From contig NZ_JHUX01000004.1 of the NCBI RefSeq assembly GCF_000619845.1, positions 180,001 through 212,000 on the forward strand: a stretch of 32,000 nucleotides of DNA. The letters are read 5' to 3'. The notes beneath the pieces were generated by a model. It did no database searches. It was not told where the DNA came from and saw only the letters and a program-made list of their open reading frames with translations. The translations under genes and the position numbers were made by a program. The DNA is from Alkanindiges illinoisensis DSM 15370 (GTDB lineage Bacteria; Pseudomonadota; Gammaproteobacteria; Pseudomonadales; Moraxellaceae). Positions 25,016 through 32,000 of the stretch are shown here, one piece after another. How positions within the stretch are numbered: position 1 is the first letter of the stretch; every line of letters starts with the position of its first letter.

Positions 25016-27955
25016 ATGTCTGTACAACGCCTGCGCTGGTATCACCGTTTACGCATCACCAATGCCTATGGGCAACTGATTGCGCTGATTTTTTTGCCCA
25101 TTATGATCCTGTCATCCGTGGGCGCCAGTCTGGTGTTAATAGAAACCGCGCGCTCCTCGCGTGCCGAACAGCGTAATGCGGCATTTGCCATTCTGGCGCG
25201 CTACCAGCCCACGGCACAACGCCTGAACCTGCTGCTGGACCAGCCGCAGCAGCATGAAAAAATCCGCTCCATTTTGCAAAACATGCTGAATGAATCCAAT
25301 TTGCTGCGCGTGGCCATGATTGACCGTGAAGGCCGTCCACGCATCTCGTTTGGTTATGGCAGCAATCTGGCATGGCCCGTGTTTGAGGCGCACCGCGAAA
25401 CCTTTGGCCCTCTGCATTCTAACATTGGCACCACCTATGGTCTGCGCGCCGGTTATACCAGCGACGGGCCAGTGTGGCTGGTGGTGGACATGGACAACAA
25501 ACCACTACAACTGGCGCGTTACCGGGTGTGGCTGGTGCTAGCTGTTACCGGATTGCTGACGCTGCTGTTGCTATTGTTGTGCCTGAATTTTTATTCAAGG
25601 CGCTGGATTTCTCCCATTTATGAAATTCGCCTGCAACTGCAACGCCTAAGCGCTGACACGCTGGGCCAGGATATTCAAATTAATGGCACCGGAGAGCTGC
25701 GCCTGTTGCAGGTTGATCTGGTGACCCTATTGCGGCGCCTGCATGAAAGCTTTGAAGAGTTGCGCCAGCACACTGAACAAACCGAAGATGACTTGCGCAA
25801 GACACTGGATGCGCTGGAAATCCAGAACATTACCTACCGTAAGGCACGCGATCAGGCCATTACCGCCAATCAGGCCAAATCCGTGTTTCTGGCCAATATC
25901 AGCCACGAATTACGCACGCCCCTGAACAGTATCGACGGCTTTGTCAATTTGATGGCACGCAAGGGCAACCTGTCCGACCAGCAAACCATTTATATTCAAA
26001 CCATTCAAAAATCATCGGCGCACCTGCTGGCACTGGTAAACGATGTGCTGGATTTTTCCAAGATTGATGCAGGCAAACTGGTGCTGGAACAGGCGCCATT
26101 TGATCTGGAACAGGCGGTGTTTGACGTGATTGACATGCTGTCGCCACTGGCCTGTGAGAAAAAAATCGACATGGCGGTCTATTATTATGAAGACATGCCC
26201 AGACAGGTGAATGGCGACGCCTTGCGCTTTAAGCAAATCCTGACCAATCTGGTGAGTAATGCCATCAAGTTTACCCCGGATGGTGACATCATTGTGCGGG
26301 CACGGCTGGAAGACAGTCTTGACGGCCATCATCTGGTACATATCTCGGTGCAGGATAGCGGCATTGGCCTGTCCGGTGCAGACCGCAAGCGCCTGTTTGA
26401 ATCCTTTTCGCAAGGTGATCCTTCCGTCACCCGGCAATATGGTGGCACAGGCCTTGGTCTTGCTATTTCACGGCAACTAGTACAACTGATGCAGGGCAAA
26501 ATTGGCTTTGAGGATAATCAGGAACGCCATCCCACCGACAAGGGCGCCACTTTCTGGTTTACCGTACAACTGGGCAAAGTAGCTGGCGATGAGATGTCGT
26601 GGCCCAGTCTTGATGACTGGAATATCCTGTCCTGCATTCAGCATCCGGCCAGTGCCAATGTATTGCGTGGCTATTTAAGCCAGCTTGAGGCACAGCAGCA
26701 GGAAGCCCAATCCATTCCCGACCTGTTTGGCCGCCTGATTCCGTTTGAAGCCCAGCGCCATGCGCATAGCTGGGTCATTGTTGATAGCGGCGGTGATACC
26801 GAAGCCTTATTGCGTGAAATCCGTACCCGTTACTACGGCGCGCTGGCGGTGTATGGCTACCAGATGGCGATTGATCCCGACATTCTCAAGCGCTATGACG
26901 CCGTGGCCCTGTATGAACCCATGAGCCGCTCTGCGCTGATTGCCATGTTGCAGCACGAACAACTGTTTAGCCGCAGCCAGCCGGAATTTTCCGGACAAGG
27001 CTTGCACATCCTGGCGGTAGATGATCATCTGCCCAACCTGATGGTACTGGAAGCATTGCTTAATGATCTGGGCGTAGAAGTGACCAATGCACATAGCGGT
27101 ATTGAAGCCATTGAAGTGCTGACCCTGCGCCATGAACAGGGCCGTACCCCATTTGATCTGGTATTTATGGACATTCAAATGCCACGCATGTCCGGTCTGG
27201 AAGCCACTCAAGCCATCCGCCTGCTGGAACAGGAATGGGACACCAGCCAGCCTTTACCCATCATTGCCCTGACCGCCCATGCCTTAAATGATGAAAAGGA
27301 AAACCTGCTGGCCTCAGGCATGAATGACTATGTCAGCAAGCCCATCCAGATTGACCAGTTAGTGCGCATCCTCAAACAGTGGACCAATTCGCATCACAAG
27401 CCAGAGCAATCAAACCATACGCCAGACTATCTGGCAGCAGGCTATCTAGCAGCAAATCATGATTCAGCTTTTCCATCGGGCGAAAGCACTATTTCTGCCT
27501 CTAGCAGCAACTTTTATCCGGATGATTTTTCCCCTGAAGAATTTTACAGGCCGGTTAGTGGTGTCATGCAGCAGGAATTGCAGTCGCACATTCTGGACTG
27601 GCCAGAAAGCATCAAGCTGTCCAATGGTAAAGCCGACCTTGCCACTGAGCTATTGCAAATGCTGGTATCCAGTTTTGCCGAAGAAAAAACCCTGCTGAAA
27701 GCCCTAATGGACAAACAGGATTATGCCGAGCTTGAACAGCGCATTCACCGCCTGTATGGCGCCACCCGCTATATTGGCTTGCCGACATTGCAAGCACTAA
27801 GTCGCGCTTTTGAGAAACTGCTGGCAGATCAGCGCAAATCCGGTGCAACCATCAATGACAGCTTTATCGAAGATGTCGAGATGTATTACCAGCAACTGGT
27901 GGAGGCCATGACTGATCTGGACAGCGAAGCACAAAAAATCCTGAATCCAGGCTGA
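25016..27955 (+). CDS. gacS: Hybrid (unorthodox) sensor histidine kinase GacS/BarA
   Basis: The 979 aa protein has two TM segments flanking a periplasmic region. It has the H-box SHELRTPLN, N-box LVSNAIKFT, and G-boxes DSGIG and GGTGLGL. The receiver carries DLVFMDIQMPRMSG...SKP. The C-terminal HPt reads HRLYGATRYIG. Confidence 0.93.
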   Translation: MSVQRLRWYHRLRITNAYGQLIALIFLPIMILSSVGASLVLIETARSSRAEQRNAAFAILARYQPTAQRLNLLLDQPQQHEKIRSILQNMLNESNLLRVAMIDREGRPRISFGYGSNLAWPVFEAHRETFGPLHSNIGTTYGLRAGYTSDGPVWLVVDMDNKPLQLARYRVWLVLAVTGLLTLLLLLLCLNFYSRRWISPIYEIRLQLQRLSADTLGQDIQINGTGELRLLQVDLVTLLRRLHESFEELRQHTEQTEDDLRKTLDALEIQNITYRKARDQAITANQAKSVFLANISHELRTPLNSIDGFVNLMARKGNLSDQQTIYIQTIQKSSAHLLALVNDVLDFSKIDAGKLVLEQAPFDLEQAVFDVIDMLSPLACEKKIDMAVYYYEDMPRQVNGDALRFKQILTNLVSNAIKFTPDGDIIVRARLEDSLDGHHLVHISVQDSGIGLSGADRKRLFESFSQGDPSVTRQYGGTGLGLAISRQLVQLMQGKIGFEDNQERHPTDKGATFWFTVQLGKVAGDEMSWPSLDDWNILSCIQHPASANVLRGYLSQLEAQQQEAQSIPDLFGRLIPFEAQRHAHSWVIVDSGGDTEALLREIRTRYYGALAVYGYQMAIDPDILKRYDAVALYEPMSRSALIAMLQHEQLFSRSQPEFSGQGLHILAVDDHLPNLMVLEALLNDLGVEVTNAHSGIEAIEVLTLRHEQGRTPFDLVFMDIQMPRMSGLEATQAIRLLEQEWDTSQPLPIIALTAHALNDEKENLLASGMNDYVSKPIQIDQLVRILKQWTNSHHKPEQSNHTPDYLAAGYLAANHDSAFPSGESTISASSSNFYPDDFSPEEFYRPVSGVMQQELQSHILDWPESIKLSNGKADLATELLQMLVSSFAEEKTLLKALMDKQDYAELEQRIHRLYGATRYIGLPTLQALSRAFEKLLADQRKSGATINDSFIEDVEMYYQQLVEAMTDLDSEAQKILNPG

Positions 27956-28050
27956 ATTGGCAATTCATCCAACGTTCACTGACCCAATAGTCAACTTTTT
28001 AAAGCAGTTAGGCCGTATGATCAGGCCAAATACAACAGATGAGGTAAATC

Positions 28051-28839
28051 ATGGCACTGGTAAGCCTGACCCGGATTGGCGAAATTGCCCACGTCCAGTT
28101 AAACCGCCCCGAAAAACGCAATGCCATGAGCTTTGCCATGCTGCATGAACTAGTGCACACTGCCAAAAAAATCAAAAAAGACAAAAGCATTCGCGTAGTG
28201 ATCCTGTCGGGTCAGGGTGAGGCATTTAGCGCCGGGATTGACTTAAGTGATTTGAATAATCCCAAGAATATGGCGTATGCCGGATGGGAGTTGTTGAAGC
28301 CTGGACAGAGCATTTTTCAAAAGGCCAACCTGATCTGGCAAACCCTACCCGTGCCGGTGATTGCTGCCCTGCATGGTCATTGTCTGGGCGCTGGCATGCA
28401 ACTGGCGCTGGGCGCAGATATCCGCATTTGCCATCCGGACTGCAAGCTATCCATTATGGAAAGCCGCTGGGGCCTAGTGCCGGATATGGGTCTGACCCGT
28501 TCTATCAAGGATATTATTCCACTGGATCTGGCCAAGGAACTCACCCTGACCGGACGTATTTTTGATGGCAACTATGCCAAGCAAATTGGTTTGGTGACAC
28601 ACTTAAATGCAGACCCGGTGGCACAAGCCATGCAACTGGCCGAAGAACTGATTCAGCGCTCTCCTGATGCCCTGCTGGCCGGCAAGCGCGTACTAGATGC
28701 CATGGCACATGCGCCAAAACGTGCATTACGCCTTGAAAAGCTGTGGCAGTTTAAGCTGATTTTGGGCCAGAACAGTAAGATTGCCCGGCTTAAGGATAAA
28801 AAGCCCGAAATGAATTTTAAGCCAAGGCAGTTTGGGTAG
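28051..28839 (+). CDS. Enoyl-CoA hydratase/isomerase (crotonase) family protein
   Basis: The 262 aa protein shows crotonase-fold signatures: LNRPEKRNA, FSAGIDL and HGHCLGAGMQLALGADIRI. A GAGGT SD lies upstream. The last 21 codons plus stop codon are duplicated in diverged form at 29631..29696. Confidence 0.88.
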   Translation: MALVSLTRIGEIAHVQLNRPEKRNAMSFAMLHELVHTAKKIKKDKSIRVVILSGQGEAFSAGIDLSDLNNPKNMAYAGWELLKPGQSIFQKANLIWQTLPVPVIAALHGHCLGAGMQLALGADIRICHPDCKLSIMESRWGLVPDMGLTRSIKDIIPLDLAKELTLTGRIFDGNYAKQIGLVTHLNADPVAQAMQLAEELIQRSPDALLAGKRVLDAMAHAPKRALRLEKLWQFKLILGQNSKIARLKDKKPEMNFKPRQFG

Positions 28840-29133
28840 TCTGTCATGAGGTGTTGGGCTAATAGTCTAGCACCGTATAACCTTGCTCTGCGTTTGAATG
28901 AGCATATATACCACAAGACAAACATAGCGAAGTAGCTTTAAACTTACTCAGGATCAGGCTTCATATAACGACCCGTTGCAGAGCGGCAAAACAGTGCTTT
29001 GCTATTCGTTGCTCAGGGTTATAGTAGCGATTGTGGCTGTAATACAAGCCACTTTGCTAATCGAAATACTGCCCAGCAATGCACAGTGATGTCTATAGGA
29101 ACCATAAGACCAGAGTTCTGAACATCACCAGAT

Positions 29134-29565
29134 TCAACAGCTCTTACTATCTATAACCATTTTGTTCTCATTTAAATAAAAACAACCTACACCATGATAG
29201 CCTGCGCCACCATCAATCGAATAAAGATATTGAGTATTTAACTGTAGCTGCTTGGGTTTTACAATCTCATTAAATCCGCTTGGTTTAATGCCATAAGTCC
29301 ATTTATAGGTGTAATCATTTTTAAAATTAAACCAGCTTCTTTCCCTACTTATCTCAATCTCCCATACTGTTTCTTTCAACGCACCATCAGGAACAGCACT
29401 ATTATCCATTACGTAAAATCTAAAAACATTATCGAGCTTTTTGGCATCACTTTTAGATAGCTCAAATACAATTCCTGTATTGGCATTACCCGAAACAAGC
29501 AAATCAACCCTACCATAGCATGCCACTAACACTGGTATAAATAGTAAACTATACAAATAGCGCAT
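29134..29565 (-). CDS. Hypothetical lipoprotein (ORFan, AT-rich islet)
   Basis: The 143 aa protein has a signal peptide with the lipobox LVAC (MRYLYSLLFIPVLVAC|YG). A strong SD, GGAGG, lies ~10 nt upstream. The mature part looks beta-rich (WEIEISRERSWFNFKNDYTYKWTYGIKPSGF...). I recognise no family with certainty. Confidence 0.7.
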   Translation of the reverse strand: MRYLYSLLFIPVLVACYGRVDLLVSGNANTGIVFELSKSDAKKLDNVFRFYVMDNSAVPDGALKETVWEIEISRERSWFNFKNDYTYKWTYGIKPSGFNEIVKPKQLQLNTQYLYSIDGGAGYHGVGCFYLNENKMVIDSKSC

Positions 29566-29630
29566 TACCAGCCACCTCCAACACCACGGCTTTTCATAAT
29601 ATTAGGTAATCTACCTCTAAATACCTCTAT

Positions 29631-29696
29631 AGCAAAATCATCCGCCTTAATAATAAAAAGCCAGAAGTAAGTTTTAAGCCTCGGCAGTTTGGCTAG
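29631..29696 (+). pseudogene. Relic duplicate of the crotonase gene 3' end (21 codons plus stop)
   Basis: The relic translates as SKIIRLNNKKPEVSFKPRQFG*, against the live end SKIARLKDKKPEMNFKPRQFG* (28774..28839). By hand alignment, 51 of 66 nt and 16 of 21 aa are identical, with 8 synonymous codon differences. A stop codon lies 8 codons upstream of the relic, in frame, so it is not part of a live ORF. Confidence 0.75.
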
Positions 29697-29713
29697 TTAG
29701 CTTGAAAATACTG

Positions 29714-29748
29714 CAAGGGTTAAGTAAAAACTTAATCCTTGTTTTCTT
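29714..29748 (+). terminator. Strong rho-independent terminator immediately after the relic gene end
   Basis: The sequence is caagggttaagt-aaaa-acttaatccttg, a 12-bp stem including one G.U, with a 4-nt loop, followed by ttttcttgg. It lies 18 nt after the relic stop codon. It also sits 37 nt downstream of the minus-strand ORF 29785..30207. Confidence 0.8.
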
Positions 29749-29784
29749 GGCAAGATTAATATTTTTTGAATCAAAAACTTATTT

Positions 29785-30207
29785 TTAATAACTTAAACTA
29801 TCTAACTCCCTTAAAACAAGCTCTGGAGAAGCAAGATAATCCAGTTCTTTTTGACTCCAAGACGCATACACTTTATTTTTTTCGGTTTCTAACTCATGTT
29901 CTTCAAGTTCAAAACGCGCATCGTAAATCCGAAAAATTAATTGATGAATATCTTCTTTTAAACATGGATTTTTTAAGTATTTTAAATAAAAGAAACTAAT
30001 AACCAGTTCAGAGTCATAAGCACCCACGCCTGATAGCTCCTTAACAATTGCTGATATCGCTTCAGCGAATGACTGGCTTAAACTTAATGAAATCAGCCAG
30101 GGCTTTGGCGATTTAACCTGAGCGATAATGGTATCAGCCCAACCCTGTAACTCTTCCAAAGACCAATATTCAGAATCAACTATTGCATACAGTGCATTTA
30201 AATACAT
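29785..30207 (-). CDS. Hypothetical small acidic cytoplasmic protein (ORFan, AT-rich islet)
   Basis: The 140 aa protein has no signal peptide and is Glu/Leu-rich, so probably all-helical. It is the longest ORF in an otherwise stop-rich AT-rich segment. The SD is weak and I recognise no family. Confidence 0.55.
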   Translation of the reverse strand: MYLNALYAIVDSEYWSLEELQGWADTIIAQVKSPKPWLISLSLSQSFAEAISAIVKELSGVGAYDSELVISFFYLKYLKNPCLKEDIHQLIFRIYDARFELEEHELETEKNKVYASWSQKELDYLASPELVLRELDSLSY

Positions 30208-30427
30208 ATTTTATCTTCAAGCGGATATAAAAAGAGTTTTAGCAATTCATCAAGGTAAAACTAGATTGTAAGCCAGTAATTTTTAATATTAGCAAAATAT
30301 TGAACGTATCCATTGAAAGATATTTTCTGATCTATTCTAAAAACTCTAGGTGGCCGTACTATTTTTTGTTTTTACACATTTTAACCGATACAATTAAGCC
30401 TAAAAATTTATAGCAACTTGTTACTCC

Positions 30428-31303
30428 ATGACCACCACTATCAAAAAATCAAAAATCGCTTTCCTCGGCATGGGACTGATGGGCACGCGCATGGCTAAGC
30501 GCCTGCTAGATGCAGGTTTTCAGGTTGCCGTCTGGAACCGGACGCTTGCTGTCTGCGAACCCTTACTACAAGCAGGGGCCAAAGCATTTTCATTTGATCA
30601 AGCCAGTACAGCAGACCTCATCATACTGTGCCTAGCCGATGACCACGCGGTTCATAGCGTTGTCCAGCAGTTGCTACCAAACCTGCGCAGTGGACAGGTG
30701 ATTATTGATTTTTCCAGCCTGTCTGTTGAAATGACCCAACAACTTGCCAGTCAGGTGGCCAGCAAAAACGTGTTCTGGATTGATGCACCGGTATCGGGTG
30801 GCGTGATGGGCGCTGAAACTGGTACGTTGGTTATTTTTGCTGGGGGTGACCAGCAAACGGTGGAAACCATGCAACCTGTATTTGCACCGTTATCGCAACG
30901 TGTCACGTATATGGGATTAAATGGCACGGGTCAGGCCACCAAAATTTGTAACCAATTAATTGTCGCAGCCAGCAGCACACTGATTAGTGAAGCAGTTGAG
31001 CTGGCCAGACGCGCTGGTGTGGATACCACCCTGCTGGCGCCTGCACTGGCAGGTGGATTTGCGGACTCCAAACCCTTGCAGATTTTAGCACCGCGCATGG
31101 CAACATATTCATTTACCCCCATACAATGGAAAGTTCAAACGCTTGCCAAAGATTTAAATAATGCAATCAAACTGGCACGTCATCATCAGTTAGACATTCC
31201 GGTAGCAGCGACGGCGTTATCGCGGCTTGAAAAACACCAGCAAGACGGGCATAGTGAAGATGATTTATCCAGTATCATTTTGCTGCATAACCCTTCGTCT
31301 TGA
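30428..31303 (+). CDS. NAD(P)-dependent oxidoreductase of the 3-hydroxyisobutyrate dehydrogenase / tartronate semialdehyde reductase family
   Basis: It has the N-terminal Rossmann motif KIAFLGMGLMGTRMA, the family motif DAPVSGG, and the catalytic-Lys region GQATKICNQL. Its position immediately upstream of hyi suggests a glyoxylate/glycerate-pathway role (GlxR/GarR-like). Confidence 0.85.
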   Translation: MTTTIKKSKIAFLGMGLMGTRMAKRLLDAGFQVAVWNRTLAVCEPLLQAGAKAFSFDQASTADLIILCLADDHAVHSVVQQLLPNLRSGQVIIDFSSLSVEMTQQLASQVASKNVFWIDAPVSGGVMGAETGTLVIFAGGDQQTVETMQPVFAPLSQRVTYMGLNGTGQATKICNQLIVAASSTLISEAVELARRAGVDTTLLAPALAGGFADSKPLQILAPRMATYSFTPIQWKVQTLAKDLNNAIKLARHHQLDIPVAATALSRLEKHQQDGHSEDDLSSIILLHNPSS

Positions 31304-31390
31304 TTACGGCAGCACTGAGTTTGGTTGCATTGATACTGAACTATTGATTTTTAAAGATTCGTGTACAGGTTCCTGAACAGGTTTTAATCC

Positions 31391-32000
31391 ATGCTGCATT
31401 TTTCTGCCAATTTATCCCTGCTGTTTACCGAAGTGCCCCTCATTGAGCGGTTTGCACTGGCCAAGCAGCACGGGTTTGATGCAGTGGAAATCCAGTTTCC
31501 CTATGAGCTGGCGATTGATGAACTAAACCAGCAATTGCAGCAGCATCAGCAGCAACTGGTGCTCATCAATGTACCCGCAGGTGACCTGATGCTAGGCGGT
31601 GACGGGCTAGCCTGTGTACCGGGCCGTGAGCACGAATTCCGGCAGGCGGTGTTTCAGGCTATTCGTTATGCCACGGCGCTGAATGTGCCTTGTGTGAATA
31701 TTCTGGCTGGTCGCCAGTCGGTACATGCCGATTTGCTGCCCTGCCTAGAAACCATGGCCAAAAACCTGCGTTTTGCCTGCAATGAAATGAGTAAAGTGGG
31801 TATTACACCAGTTTTTGAAATTATTAATGGCATTGATATGCCGCGTTTTTTAATCCAGACCGTGGCGCAGGCACAGGAAATGCTGGAAGCGGTGAACCAC
31901 CCAGCCCTTAAAATCCAGTTTGATTGCTATCATCTGGCCATGATGCATGAACCTATTCTGCAAAGCCTGCAGGAAAATATGTATCACATTGGGCATATCC
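31391..32000 (+). CDS. hyi: Hydroxypyruvate isomerase family (TIM-barrel), N-terminal ~203 codons; continues past the right window edge
   Basis: Hand translation gives MLHFSANLSLLFTEVPLIERFALAKQHGFDAVEIQFPYE...CVNILAG...FEIINGIDMPRFLIQTVAQAQEMLEAVNHPALKIQFDCYHLAMM. This is typical of Hyi/OtnI-type sugar-phosphate isomerase-like proteins. It is not in the ORF track because it is open at the window edge. Confidence 0.85.
   Translation, partial: MLHFSANLSLLFTEVPLIERFALAKQHGFDAVEIQFPYELAIDELNQQLQQHQQQLVLINVPAGDLMLGGDGLACVPGREHEFRQAVFQAIRYATALNVPCVNILAGRQSVHADLLPCLETMAKNLRFACNEMSKVGITPVFEIINGIDMPRFLIQTVAQAQEMLEAVNHPALKIQFDCYHLAMMHEPILQSLQENMYHIGHI

Noticed and set aside
27427-27456. 15-nt imperfect tandem duplication (ctatctggcagcagg / ctatctagcagcaaa, 12 of 15 identical) in gacS, encoding YLAAG-YLAAN
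   Set aside because: This is a small slippage-type duplication in the low-complexity linker between the receiver and HPt domains. It is in-frame and has no evident functional signal.
29563-29595. 10-codon minus-strand mini-ORF (MKSRGVGGGW*) whose TAA overlaps the lipoprotein ATG (TAATG). I considered it as the tail of a truncated upstream toxin gene.
   Set aside because: The frame is open for only ~41 codons upstream before a stop and has no other ATG. It runs antisense through the crotonase relic, and I saw no recognisable domain. Its GGAGGTGG is better explained as the lipoprotein's SD.
29766-29999. 77-aa plus-strand ORF (TTG start) in the AT-rich islet
   Set aside because: It overlaps the longer 140-aa minus-strand ORF in antisense, uses a non-ATG start and lacks an SD. 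It also begins just downstream of the plus-strand terminator at 29714..29748 without a visible promoter. I kept the minus-strand ORF, though with only moderate confidence.
1-32000. Scan for CRISPR arrays, tRNA/rRNA genes, IS elements, transposase/integrase genes, and recognisable defence-system, toxin-antitoxin or phage genes
   Set aside because: I found no regularly spaced repeats, no tRNA-like T-arm (GGTTCGAATCC-type) sequence, no terminal inverted repeats flanking an ORF, and no ORF with recombinase or transposase motifs. The only repeat of note is the diverged crotonase 3'-end duplication reported above.

Overview
This window is mostly conserved gammaproteobacterial chromosomal core, about 31 CDS. 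I saw no rRNA, tRNA, CRISPR array, transposase or integrase. The gene content and order look Moraxellaceae/Acinetobacter-like, but that is an inference from synteny, not a database hit.

Gene order, left to right:
- sdhA' - sdhD - sdhC (minus strand), divergent from gltA across about 0.8 kb of AT-rich spacer.
- tonB-exbB-exbD (minus).
- A patatin-like lipoprotein, then an NfeD/SPFH pair (plus).
- ispA and yjdM (minus).
- rapZ-ptsO-darP, tightly coupled (minus).
- pcnB-folK-panB-panC (minus).
- comEA and mazG (minus).
- An SDR and an unknown secreted Ser/Thr-rich protein (plus).
- relA, rlmD, a PolB-like 3'-5' exonuclease and cysM (minus).
- The hybrid sensor kinase gacS/barA and a crotonase-family enzyme (plus).
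- A strongly AT-rich islet (about 28.84-30.43 kb) with two ORFan genes.
- A tartronate-semialdehyde/3-hydroxyisobutyrate-dehydrogenase-family gene and the start of hyi (plus).

The only accessory-looking DNA is the AT-rich islet. There, the last 21 codons plus stop codon of the crotonase gene occur twice. One copy is the in-frame live end. The other is a diverged relic 857 bp downstream, followed by a strong terminator. The two copies bracket a lipoprotein ORFan. This is the signature of an insertion that supplied a replacement gene end.

Other points worth a look:
- A 15-bp-stem inverted repeat made of two facing DnaA-box-like 9-mers downstream of relA.
- A candidate Fur-operated promoter for tonB-exbBD.
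- The relA-mazG slot, which holds mazEF in E. coli, is filled here by unrelated opposite-strand genes.

I found no convincing multi-gene novel system. The islet is the best candidate and remains a hypothesis.
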